Of a stretch of DNA of 64,000 nucleotides, positions 1-12,139 are shown piece by piece. Source of the DNA: Hypanus sabinus. Lineage: Eukaryota. Under the pieces are notes generated by a model. The model saw only the letters and a program-made list of their open reading frames with translations. It made no database searches and had not been told where the DNA came from. The stretch spans positions 68,758,001 through 68,822,000 of the forward strand of contig NC_082716.1 in the NCBI RefSeq assembly GCF_030144855.1. The letters are read 5' to 3'. Position 1 is the stretch's first letter. Each line of letters starts with the position of its first letter. The translations under genes were made by a program, and so were the position numbers.

Positions 1-199
1 GAAATTTGTTTCACTCTTTTTACCACAGACTCTGCGCTGGCATCAACCTCTGTTATCAATTGAGATAATGGTGCAGTACCCAAAACTACATCTGTTCAAA
101 AATTCAGCTGCTCAAACATAGCTCACATCATCCTATTCATTATCACTCCTTGATTGCCCAAACTGTAAGTTCTAGAATTCCCCTTTTGAACCAATTCAT

Positions 200-745
200 C
201 CTGCTATTAAACCACTATACCTACTACTTGTAGCTGGGTAGGATACAAAGATCTCTGGCAAGGGTCCAGCAATCCCTCTCAGTAACCTGGCATACGTCCC
301 ATTAGGCCCTGGGGACTCAATGTTCTTCAACAGACCCAACACCATCTCCTTCTTAGTCTCAACATGCCCTCGGTCACTGGCATACCCCACGCTGATCTCA
401 CTTTCCCTGACGCCCCTCTCGTTGTTGAACATTGATGCCAAGTACTCGATCAGTATCTCATCCACTTCCTCGGGCTTCAGGCATAAATTCCCTCCTTCAT
501 CCTGGTATGGTTTACTCTCCCCAGCTACCTTCCTGCCTTTCATGTATGTAATGAATGCCTCTCACTTTCCTTCTTGGTACCTCTTGGTGCTCCAAATTCC
601 CTGTGTGTGTTCTTTCATGCTTTCTTTCTATTTCTTAAGGCCCTGTCAAATTTCAGTTTTCTATACCTCATACATACTTCCTTTTCCTTTCTGGCTACAC
701 GTACAATTCCACTATAGCAAATTCTGGTGAATGGCTCACTACCAC
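200..745 (-). mobile_element. CR1 LINE fragment (ORF2, region N-terminal to RT)
   Basis: ORF 196..543: GNLCL..EEVDEILIEYLASMF..SPGPNGTY, a CR1 ORF2 pattern. Confidence 0.75.
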
Positions 746-885
746 TTCCTCACAGAGAGTTAGCAATAAACAATAACTGTGGGCCTACCCAGCAAACACC
801 CAGATCTCAAAAACATCACTTCAAAGTTAATCTCCCTCACAAGCACGCAATAATAATCCAGTACTCTCTATGAACGTAAACGTAC

Positions 886-1146
886 GCGTTTCAAATATTA
901 TGGATGAACTTTCACTGGAGTTACACTCGTCGGTCTGAGCCACAACCGTTACTGAGTAACTTTCGCTGCAGCCCAATCCGGTAATTTGGCAAGTAGCAGC
1001 CGAGGAGGTGCAGAACAGAATTACACCACCACTGTTTCTGGCAACAGCTCGATAGTCCGTGGCACCGGGGCTGACTTTCCATGAGAGCACAGCTGAGTCG
1101 GCAAGGCAGCTGTAAATGGCTTTCACGTCTTGCACTGGACTTAACG
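886..1146 (-). CDS. FNDC7: FNDC7-like gene, Cys-rich FN3 domain 4 exon (gene continues beyond window start)
   Basis: 261 nt, tttgtctcaacag acceptor, C|GTACGT donor, phase 1-1. Has the FNDC7-type Cys pattern YSC...LSW...GA..Y...CTSSAATCQITGLGCSESYSVTVVA...CNS. Could be an fndc7-related paralog rather than the 1:1 ortholog. Confidence 0.92.
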
Positions 1147-2939
1147 CTGTTGAGACAAAATATACCCAATATCAACTTCTCTCCGACTTGAAAATTTAAT
1201 AGCAGAAAACGAAGGAAAAACATTTGGTATTCATATAATCTTTGGGTTAAAAATCCAAATTTCAAGTTACCAGTGTGCCAATCGACAGTGTTATATGGAT
1301 GAAACTCTGGTGCTGTCTGACAGATGTATCCTTACAGGGCAGTAATGCTGGCAGATATCCGATGGTTTCTGCAATAGTCAATCCCTCACTAATTAGCATC
1401 TACTATAGGTCAAATGAAAACAAACAAGGAGAGCGAACTGTACCCTATATTTATGTTCAAATCTGGGTCGTCATCTAGCCCAACAAGCAGGCACTGGCAC
1501 TCAGAAACAATGATCCTTTGGTTGTACTCCCCGTTTCTCTTCCATGCGGGCTTGGCCACTTTCCCTTTTCAAACGCAGCACCCTCCACATTCCCTTCATT
1601 TACGCTGACAGTCAGACTGAGGAACTTTGACCCCTGTCCATATTGTGGCTGGATTTGCAGGCGCAGTCACCAAACAAAAACGATCAGCAATCCAGAAGTT
1701 ACAAATGAAGGTCCTCAACCTTAAAAATTAACTCTGTTTCTGTTTGAGGGTTGCTGCCTAACCTGCTAAACATTTCCAACCCCCTGTTTCTATTTCAGAA
1801 GATACCAGTGTTGCTATTTGAGGCTGTACTTCTGACTCCATCTTGAGATCTACAGGAGAGTGCGTGCGTGGGCAGTTTTGACTTACTTGTATTACCCACC
1901 ACCCCCCCCCTCACCTCCACCCCTCGTGTTGAGCAGTCAGCCAGTCCATCCCACCCAGGTGAAGAACAGCCAATTGAAAATTGCTCCTTCCTCCCAATTC
2001 TAGGTAGCCTTCTGCAAGGCAATGTTGCCTAACCCTTCCTTCACAGTCCCCTCCCTTGCTGAACAAACAGGCAGTCCCCCTCCATGTGACTCAGAAGTAC
2101 AGAATCACGAGGTAAACTATGACTGAAAGCTCAGATTGGTTCCAAAGTGAGATGGGAAAACTCTGATTGTATCATCTAATTTTCTTTTAATTAATTACTG
2201 GATGTAGGTGCACTTTTACCACATATGCCCGACTGCCCATGAATTGGGAGTTTGCTAGGCTGTTTCAAAAGAGAGTTAAGAATAAACCACATTCTTGTGG
2301 GTTTTCAGTCAAATCTTGGCCAGATCAGATTGTTTTTCTGAGAGGACATTACTGAACCAATTAGGTTTTTGTTTACCATTGCTTAAAGTTAATTAAAGTT
2401 AACTTTCACAACTGCCATTGTATGGTACATATGTTTATCTCTGAATCATTAGCTTTTTCCTACTCCCAGAACATAACCAAAGAGTCATTGTTTCATTGAA
2501 TAGAGTCTGTGCTAAAGAGGTATCACAGATGTAATTTGTTATAGGGAGAGAAGTGGGAGATGGCACCTTCACCGTACACTCAGAGAGATCAGGAAGCCAT
2601 CTTGTATTCTGGGTGCTCGTGTCATGGAATGTTCCAGCAGCAAACTAGGAAGTAGATTGGAAGTCAGTAAAGTTGCTCCACTGTCTGGATAGAATCAAAA
2701 TTCCTGAATGAGCAAAACAGAAGGAACACTGGGTTTCTTTGATAATAATGAATTGATTCTGGAATCTGTGATTCATCTGTGAGCAAGCTGCAGGAAAATG
2801 TACCCCAAGGAAGATAAATAGCAAACAATATAGATTCAAATGCAAAGATCAATTTAGTTACTCCTCTACTGATTCAACATTATTTAGTATTAGTTTCAAT
2901 AGAATAAACACTAAAATGCAATTTCTACATCTTACTTAC

Positions 2940-3209
2940 ATTCAGTTGTATAATGTATAGATGTGCCTTCTCCAAAAAGTTTGAAATCATTCAATGACTT
3001 TATGGTGATGGTGTAATTAGTACATAGTGCAAGATTATTTAGTATTATAAAATTAGTAAATATATTTGTAGTTATTCCATCAGAAGAGTCTTCAGAATTC
3101 TTATGCACTGTTACTTCATACTGGAATACTTTAGCAACTGGATTCCAACTTAACCGGATTGCAGTTTTACCAAGAACAGTGACTTTGATGTTGGACGGAG
3201 GCATCACCA
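2940..3209 (-). CDS. FNDC7: FNDC7-like gene, FN3 domain 3 exon
   Basis: 270 nt, ttttatttacag acceptor, T|GTAAGT donor, phase 1-1. Pattern PPSNIKV...IRLSWNPV...YEV...NLALCTNYTITIKS. Confidence 0.92.
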
Positions 3210-3275
3210 CTGTAAATAAAAAAGGTACATTAACTGTCAAGGTATTTTAACATTTTAGTCTTCACACAGGAAACG

Positions 3276-3925
3276 CTATTCCATGCACTCACCACTCTCT
3301 GAGTAAAAAACTTGCCCCTGACATCTCCTCTGTACCTACTCTCCAGCACCTTAAACCTGTGTCCTCTTGTGGCAACCATTTCAGCCCTGAGAAAAAGCCT
3401 CTGACTATCCACACGATCAATGCCTCTCATCATCCTGTACACCTCTATCAGGTCACCTCTCATCCTCTGTCACTCCAAGGAGAAAAGGCCAAGTTCACTC
3501 AACTGATTCTCATAAGGCATGCTCTCCAATTCAGGCAACATCCTTGTAAATCTCCTCTGCACCCTTTCTATGGTTTCCACATCCTTCCTGCAGGGAGGCG
3601 ACCAGAACTGAGCACAGTACTCCAAGTGGGGTCTGACCAGGGTCCTATACAGCTGCAAAATCACCTCTTGGCTTCTAAACTCAGTCTCATGATTGATGAA
3701 GGCCAATGCATCGTATGCCTTCTTAACCACAGAGTCAACCTGTGCAGCTGCTTTGAGTGTCCTATGGACTCAGACCCCAAGATCCCTCTGATCCTCCACA
3801 TTGCCAAGAGTCTTACCATTAATACTATATTCTGCCAACATATTTGATCTTTACCATGAATACTATATTCTGCCATCATATTTAACCTTACCATTAATAC
3901 TACATTCTGCAATCATAGTTGACCT
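3276..3925 (-). mobile_element. CR1 LINE fragment (RT C-terminus)
   Basis: LYRTLVRPHLEYCAQFWSP..IERVQRRFTRMLP and RGDLIEVY..FFTQRVV. Confidence 0.9.
3813..3925. repeat. 3 tandem copies of a 37-38-nt unit at the CR1 5' truncation
   Basis: ttaccat(t/g)aatacta(t/c)attctgc..cata(t/g)tt unit starts at 3813, 3851 and 3888. Confidence 0.9.
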
Positions 3926-4337
3926 AAAAAATTTTCAACGATACAACTTTCCCAGATTTTAATCCACTCTTTTTGCAGGGTTTTTCGTTCCTCATATGTT
4001 AACTCCTTTATTCCCAGAATAATTCTTGTGAACCTCCTCTGGACCCTCTCCAATGGCAGCACATCATTACTTAGATAAGGAGCCCAAAACTGCTCACTCC
4101 AAGTGCATTCTGACCAATGGTTTATAAAGCCTTGGTATTGTATCCTTGCCCTTATATTCTAGTCTTCTTGAAATAAATGCTAACATTGCGTTTGCTTTCC
4201 TTATCGCCAAATCAACCTGCAAGTTAACTTTCAGGGAATCCTGTGCAAGGACTCCCAAATCATTTTGCAACTCTAATTTTGAATTTTCTCGCCATTTAGA
4301 AAATAGTCTACGCCTTTATTTCTTCTACAAAAGTGCA

Positions 4338-6060
4338 TGAATCAAAATCAGAAATAGAATCAGGTTTATTATCACCGGCATGTGACGTGAAATTTGTTAA
4401 CTTAGCAGCAGCAGTTCAATGCAATACATAATGCAGAAGAGAAAAAAATAATAAATAAAATAAAAATAATAATATAAATGAACAAGTAAATCAATTACAG
4501 TATGTGTATATTGAATAGATTTAAAAAGTGCAAAAAACAGAAATACTGTATATTAAAAAAAGTGAGGTAGTGTTCATGGGTTCAATGTCCACTTAGGAAT
4601 CAGATGGCAGAGGGGAAGAAGCTGTTTCTGAATCACTGAGTGTGTGCCTTTAGGCTTCTGTACCTCCTTCCTCATGGTAACGGTGAGAAAACGGCATGCC
4701 CTAGGTGCTGGAGGTCTTTAATAATGGATGCTGCATTTCTGAGACACCGCTCCCTGAAGATGTCCTGGGTACTTTGTAGGCTAGTACCAAAGATGGAGCT
4801 GACTAGATTTACAACCCTCTGCAGCTTCTTTCAGTCTTGTGCAGTAGCCCCCCCTACCCCCATCCCAGACAGTGATGCAGCCTGTCAGAATGCTCTCCAC
4901 AGTACATCTATAGAGACTTTTGAGTGTATTTGTTGACATACCAAATCTTTTCAAACTCCTAATGAAGTATAGCTGCCGTCTTGCCTTCTTTATAACTACA
5001 TCGATATATTGAGACCCGGTTAGATCCTCAGAGATCTTGACACCCAGGAACTTGAAGCTGCTCACTCTCTCCACTTCTGATCTATCTATGAAGATTGGTA
5101 TCTGTTCCTTTGTCTTGCCCTTCCTGAAGTTCACAATCAGCTCTTTAATCTTCCTGATGCTGAGTGCCAGGTTGTTGCTGAGGCACCACTCCACTAGTTG
5201 GCATATCTCACTCCTGTACACCCTCTCGTCACCATCTGAGATTCTACCAACAATGGTTGTATCATCAGCAAATTTGTAGATGGTATTTGAGTTATACCTA
5301 GTTACACAGTTATGTGTATATAGAGAGTAGAGTAGTGCATCAGTGTTGATTGTCAGCGAGGAGGATATGTTATCACCAGTCCACACAGATTGTGGTCTTC
5401 TGGTTAGGAGTCGAAGATCCAATTGCAGAGGGAGGTAAAGAGGCTCAGGTTCTTCTCCATCGGGATTGTGGAAATGATGGAATTAAATGCTGAGCTACAG
5501 TCAATGAACAGCATCTTGACATAGGTATATGTGTTGTCCAGGTGGTCTAAAGCTGTGTGAAGAGCCATTGAGATTGCATCTGCTGTTGACCTATTGTGGC
5601 AATAGGCAAATCGCAATGCGTCTAAGACCTTGCTGAGGCAGGAGTTCAGTCTAGTCATAACCAATCTCTCAAAGCATTTCATCAGTGTCAGTGTCAGTGC
5701 TACCAGGCGATAATCATTAAGGCAGACCATATTATTCTTCTTAGCACTGGTATAATTGTTGCCTTTTCAAGCAAGTGGGAACTTTTGCCCGTAGCAGTGG
5801 GAGGTTGAAAATGTCCTTGAATACTCCTGCTAGTTGGTTGGTGCAGGTTTTCAAAGCCTTACCAGGTATTCCATCGGGACCTTCCGCCTTGCGAGGGTTC
5901 ACTGTCTTTAAAGACAGCCGAACATCGGCCTCTGAGACAGAGATCACAGGGTCATCAGGTACAGCAGGGATCTTCACAGCTGTAGTTGTATTCTCCCTTT
6001 CAAAGCGGGCGTAGAAGGCGTTGAGTTAATTTGGTAATGAAGCAACTCTGCCAGTCATGC
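4338..6060 (-). mobile_element. Rex1/Babar-type LINE, 5'-truncated and frameshifted
   Basis: [50 protein letters not shown]; AATAAA and (gattct)n-like tail at 4338-4370. Confidence 0.9.
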
Positions 6061-6529
6061 TATTGACCTTATACTTCTCTATTTTCAATCCTAGTCCTTC
6101 AATCTAAGACCTTCTTCAGCCTCTCTGCTTCATCAATACCTCCTGCTCTTCTACCTATCTTCAATACTTGGCTACAAAGCCATCAATTCCATCATCCACA
6201 TCATTAATATAAATTATGTAAAGAAGCAGTTCCAATATTGACCTCTGTGGAACACCACTAGTCATAGGCAGTTAACCAGAAAAGGCCCCCTTTATTCCCA
6301 CTCTTTTCCTCCTGCCAGTCAGTCAATCTTCTTTCCATTCTCATATCTTTCCCATAATACCATGGGTTCTTGTTAAAGGCCTTCTGAAAATCCGAGTAAA
6401 CAACATCCACTGACGCTCCTTATTTCCACAAAGAAATTCAACGGATTTGTCAGGCAAGATTTCCCCTTAATCAAACTATGCTGACTTTGGCCTATTTTAT
6501 CACATGGCTCCAAGTACCCCAAAACACCT

Positions 6530-7475
6530 AGCCTGTCTCCCTTCCTCTTCACCATCTACACCTCGGACTTCAACCACTGCACAGAGTCTTGCCATCTTCA
6601 GAAGTTTTCTGATGACTCTGCCATAGTTGGATGCATCAGCAAGGGAGATGAGGCTGAGTACAGGGCGACGGTGGGAAACTTTGTCACATGGTGTGAGCAG
6701 AATCATCTGCAGCTTAATGTGAAAAAGACTAAGGAGCTGGTGGTGGACCTGAGGAGATCTAAGGCACCGGTGACCCCTGTTTCTATCCAAGGGGTCAGTG
6801 TGGACATGGTGGAGGATTACAAATACTTGGGGATACGAATTGACAATAAACTGGGCTGGTCAAAGAACACTGAGGCTATCTACAAGAAGGGTCAGCGCCA
6901 TCTCTATTTCCTGAGGAGACTGAGGTCCTTTAACATCTGCTGGACGATGCTGAGGATGTTCTACGAGTCTGTGGTGGCCAGTGCTATCATATTTGCTGTT
7001 GTGGGCTGGGGCAGCAGGCTGAGAGTAGCAGACACCAACAGAATCAACAAACTCATTCGTAAGGTCAGTGATGTTGTGGGGGTGGAACTGGACTCTCTGA
7101 CGGTGGTGTCTGAAAAGAGGATGCTGTCCAAGTTGAAAGCCATCTTGGACAATGTCTCCCATCCACTCCATAATGTACTGGTTAGGCACAGGAGTACATT
7201 TAGCCAGAGACTCATTCCATCAAGATGTAACACTGAGTGTCATAGGAAGTCATTCCTGCCTGTGGCCATCAAACTTTACAACTCCTCCCTCGGAGTGTCA
7301 GACACCCTGAGCCAATAGGCTGGTCCTGGACTTGTTTCCACTTGGCAAAATTTACCTATTATTATTTAACTATTTATGGTTTTATATTGCTATATTTCTA
7401 CACTATTCTTGGTTGGTGTGACTGTGACGAAATCCAGTTTTCCTCGGGATCAATAAAGTATGTCTGTCTGTCTGT
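6530..7475 (+). mobile_element. Young Rex1/Babar-type LINE (second family), 5'-truncated
   Basis: Uninterrupted frame 6533-7318 (LSPFLFTIYT..QKFSDDSAIVG..LNVKKTKELVVD); AATAAA plus (gtct)n tail. Confidence 0.92.
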
Positions 7476-9329
7476 TAATAATATCTTCCCAACCACTGAA
7501 GTCAGGCTAACTGGCTTATAACTTCCTTTCATCTGCCTCCCTCCCTTCTTAAAGAGTGGAGTGACATTTGCAATTTTCCAATCTCTAGAAGTGTTCCAGA
7601 ATCTAGTGATTCTTGAAAGATCATTACTAATGCCTCCACAATTTCATCTGCTACCTCTTTCAGAACCCTGAGATGTAGTGCATTTGATCCAGGTGATTTA
7701 CCTACCATTCAGATTCCCAAGCACTTTTTCCTTAATAATAACAGCTACACTTACTTCTGTGCCCCCCTCAACACTCTTGAATTTCTGGCATACTGCTAGT
7801 GTTTTCTACTGTGAAGACTGAGGCAAAATACTTACTAAGTTTATCTACCATTTCTTTGCACCTCATTACTACCTTTCCAGCATCATTTTCTAATAGTCTG
7901 ATATCCACTCTCACCTTTCTTTTATTCTTTATATATTTGAAAAATCTTTTGATATCTTCTTTTGATTTGTTGGCAAACTTATCTACAAATATCATCTTTT
8001 CTCTCCTTATGGCTTTTTTAGTTTTGTTCTGTTGGTTTTTAAAAGCTTCCCAATCCTCTAACTCTCCACTAAGTTTTGCTGTATTATATGCCCTCTCTTT
8101 ATGCTGTTTTTGACTTCCATTGTCCGCCATGGTTGCCCCATCCTTCTATTAGCATACTTTCCATCTTTGGGATGTATCTATCCTGCGCGTTCTGATCAAC
8201 TTTGGCCTGCTGTTCTCTCATACCTCTGTAACTCCCTTTATTCCATTGTAAGACAGATCAATTTGATTTTATCTTCACACTCTCAAACTGCAGGGTGAAC
8301 TCTATCATAATAGATCACTGCTTCTTAAGGGTTCCTTTACCTTAAGCTCCCGAATCAAACCTTACAAAACACTCAATCCAGAATTGCCGTTTCGTGTGGG
8401 CTCAACCACAAGCTGTTCTAAAAAGCCATCTCATAAGCTTTGTACAAATTGCCTCCCTTGGGATCCAGCACCAATCTGATTTTCCCAATCTACATGCACA
8501 TAGAAATTCCCCCATGACTCTTGAACATTACCCTTTTTACAAGCCTTTTCTATCTCCCATTGACATTTGTAGCCCACACCCTGACTTCTGTTGTGACACC
8601 TGTATATAACTCCCAACATGGTCTTCATAAACTTGCAGTTTCTTAACTCTACCCTCAAGGACTCTACATCTTCCAATTTTATGTCACCTCTTCCTCAGGA
8701 TTTGATTTCATTTTGCAACAACAGAGCCACCCGACCCCCCTGTGCCTGTCCTCTCAATGCAATGTGTGCCCTTGGATATTAAATTATGATCTTCTTTCAG
8801 CCATGACTCAGTGATGCCCACAATGTCATACCTGCCAATCTCTGAATTGTGCTACAAGATCATCTACGTCATTCTGTATACTGTGTATATTTAAAAAAAA
8901 CAGCTTAGTCCTGTAGTCATCACCCTTTTAAACTTTGGCCTCCGGTTAGACTCCCATTTACAGCAATTTTGCCCTATCATCTGCCTGTTCTTCCTCAAGA
9001 GTCTCACTACACAATGCATCTACCATCTGCTCCATCCCTCTGCTAAATTAGTTTGAATCCTTCTCAACAGCTCTAACACATTTGCCTGCAAAGATATTTA
9101 TTGGTGCTTCTCTGGTTTCAGGTGGAGCTTGTCTTTTTTTGTACAGGTCATACCTTTCCCAGAAGAGATCCCAATGATCCAGAAATTTGAAACCCAGCCT
9201 CCCTTAGCCCCATATTCATTACCAAATCATCCTATTCTTACCTTCACTGGCACGTGGCATAGGCAGTAATCCAGCGATTACTACCCTGGAGGACCTGCAT
9301 TTACTTTAATGCAAGAAGCTTCAAGGGTG

Positions 9330-10450
9330 AGCCAGGTCAGGCTAGAGGATAAATCTGCACAATTACAATCATAGGAGGGGAATCACCCTTCCAATGAGGG
9401 AGAACATCACAGCAGTACATAGAGAAGATATCCTGGAGAGATTATCCAGTGTGGTCATGTGGATAAAAATTTAGAAATAAGATGGGTGATTATTTTCTGG
9501 AGTTATTCTGCATGCTTCCAATGGTCATAGGAAGTAGAGGAACAGATATGTAAGCAAATCGCAGAGAAGTGTGAGAGTAATAGGATTGTGGAAATGTGGG
9601 GTTTTCCTTTCCCATTATTGACTGGGATCAGGATTGCCTTGGTGCAAGAGACATGGATGGGACAGAATTAATCAGATGCATTCAAGAGACAATGAAACAA
9701 TATATAAAGTTTCCCATCAGAGACTAAGGGCAGTGCTCAACTTTGTCATAGGAGATTAAACTGGGCAGGTGGTGGAAGTGCCATTGGAGGAAGGCTTTGA
9801 GAACACTGTTACAGAAGTCTGTAAGTTTCAAAGTAGTTATGGAAAGGGATGGTGTTGGTCCTCCAGTTAAAGCCTTGAATATGGAGAATGCTGATTTGGA
9901 TAGCATAAGAAAAGTTCTGGTGAAAGTAGATTGGGAGCAAATAGTTGCAGGGAAACAATATCCATCAAGCAAGGACTTTTAAAAGAGAGCTAGTAAGAGT
10001 TCAGGGCCAGCAAGGTACATTCAAATGGTCAGCATAGCTCGTCTCCTTAATTGGACTGAGTCTTTTGAGAAGTTAACTTGCAAAACTGAAGAAGTCAAGG
10101 CAATAGATATTGCCAATATGGACTTTAGTAAGGCAATTGACAAAGTCCAAAATAGTAAGCTGCACGGTAGGCTGCTCCAGAAGGTTATTTCACACGACAT
10201 CCAGTGTGAGCTGGCTAGATAGATCCAAAATTGGCGGTGTGATGGGAGGCAGAGTGGTAGAAAGCTGCTTTTGGATTAGAAATCTATGACCTGTAGTATC
10301 CTCCAGAGATTAGAGCTGGGACCTTTGTGTGTGATATTAACAACAAAGGTGTGAACATAGGAGGTATAATTACTAAATTTGCAGATGACACAGAAGTTGA
10401 TGATGTACAGTTAATAAGGAAGGTCGGTTAAGGCTGCTGCTCGATGCAGA
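9330..10450 (+). mobile_element. Old CR1 LINE fragment
   Basis: Degraded endonuclease and RT (MDFSKAIDKV, KFADDT). Confidence 0.75.
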
Positions 10451-11389
10451 CTAGATGTTGGATAAAACATTAAGAGGGAAGATCATGTGGCCAGCCCTAT
10501 TCATGTCAGCATTAACACTACAACTGCCTCTACCCACCTTCTCCCAGAACTGACCCTCATCAAACAATGGTGGGATTCAATTAGCAGAACTAACATTAGC
10601 CTCCTTTGATGGGCATACATTTCACTGCATGACTACATGCAAACAAATTATGAACTCTTCCTTACCTGTTCAGTTTACTGTTTAATAGTCAATTTTTTTT
10701 CTTTACTCTCCAAAAAAAAACATGTGGATTTATAAATTAATTTGCCTCTGTAAGCTGCCTTTAGTGTATAAATGAGTGGGAGAATCTGGGGAGGGAAGTT
10801 GTTGGAAATGGGGGGGGGATGAATTAAATAGTAAGTATAAATGGGTGATTGATGGCTGGTATAATTCGGTGGGTTGAATGACCAATTTCTGGGCTAGTGA
10901 CTCTATGATTGTTATGCTAACAACAGTTGATTTGACTGGAATAGATTACAGGGGCATCTGCTGTGGGAATCTCTGCATGCCTGCATATATCACAATGGCA
11001 AATGAGTTACCTAATGGTGCAGTGGAAGGGGAGGGAGAGAGACAGTTTAGAGGACACAATTCGTAGCAGCAAGATAAACGTTGGCTATTTGAAGGATCAA
11101 AGTATGTTTCTGGTGAAGGATGGATTCAGCAGAGTCCTGTACTGTAGTGTTTCTCAACCTTCTGCTTGTGGCCCACTTATGACTTTCACTTACCTCTGTG
11201 GACCCCACCTTCCAGTTTCCATTAGCTGCTAAAGTTTTTTTTGTCAACTGTACTAATTATTCTGATACACAGTCAATATTTATGTTTTAATGATATTTAT
11301 ATTATTATATGTTAAATATAATGTTACAGGTATATATGAAAAATAAAACTTTCAAAGCTTTGAATGGGATAATTTATTTATAATTTATA

Positions 11390-11505
11390 TGGTGGTGTAA
11401 TGGCATCCACACTGGACTTCAGGCGAGTGGTCCCTGGTTTGAATTCGGCTGGTTCCTTACATGCTTTCCATCCTTGCTGGGTTGAGCACTGAGCTAGCAA
11501 ATTAG
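11390..11505 (+). mobile_element. tRNA-derived SINE head inserted in the hAT
   Basis: A-box tggtgtaatgg and B-box ggtttgaattc with tRNA-like spacing. Confidence 0.65.
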
Positions 11506-11620
11506 TCATTTAATGTTCTTCCAACCAACAATGAAAAAGCATTTAATATTGGGTATTAAAAACACAAAATGCTGGCAGAACTCAGCAGGCCAGACAGCAT
11601 CTATGGGAGGAGGTAGTGAT

Positions 11621-11648
11621 GACGTTTCAGGCCGAAACCCTTCATCAG
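11621..11648 (-). ncRNA. Minimal hammerhead ribozyme core, sense to the FNDC7-like pre-mRNA
   Basis: Minus strand reads CTGATGA-A-GGG/TTTCGG/CCT-GAAAC-GTC. Confidence 0.6.
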
Positions 11649-12111
11649 GAGTGAAGTAACATGGGATGGTCGAGGGGGGATAAGAAGTGGGGGGAGGGAT
11701 GAAGTAGAGAGCTGGGAAGTGAAAGGCTGGAGGGAAATGGGCTGGGGGAAGGTGGAGAATCATGGGAAATAAAAGAGAAAGAAAGGTAGGGCTGGGTGGG
11801 AGCCAAAAGTTTCAGGGCTGAAGAAATAGTAGGTTGGGAGCAGAGAGAGAGGGGCTCTCGCTGAACTCCCGTCGGAGAAAAGATCTGAACTTCTTCAGTG
11901 TAGGCTTCACTGGAAGAGGCTTCGCAGTAGTGAATTCAAAGGCACACGAGTGAATCTGCAGATGCTGGAAATAAATAAAAACACAAAATGCTGGCAGAAC
12001 TCAGCCACCTTTCCCCAGCCCATTTCCCTCCAGCCTATCACTTCCCAGCTCTCTACTTCATCCCTCCCCCCACTTCTTATCCCTTCTCCACCATCCCATG
12101 TTACTTCACTC

Positions 12112-12139
12112 CTGATGAAGGGTTTCGGCCCGAAACGTC
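12112..12139 (+). ncRNA. Minimal type I hammerhead ribozyme core (Penelope-borne)
   Basis: CTGATGA-A-GGG/TTTCGG/CCC-GAAAC-GTC; helix I pairing not evident. Confidence 0.65.

Larger units (their letters stand above)
4017..9300 (-). mobile_element. Long degraded CR1 LINE split by two Rex1-type insertions
   Basis: Colinear CR1 ORF2 pieces at 4017-4339, 6062-6528 and 7476-9300 (KYFASVFT, GKSCLTN, endonuclease VESL.VEL..GVIYR). Confidence 0.85.
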
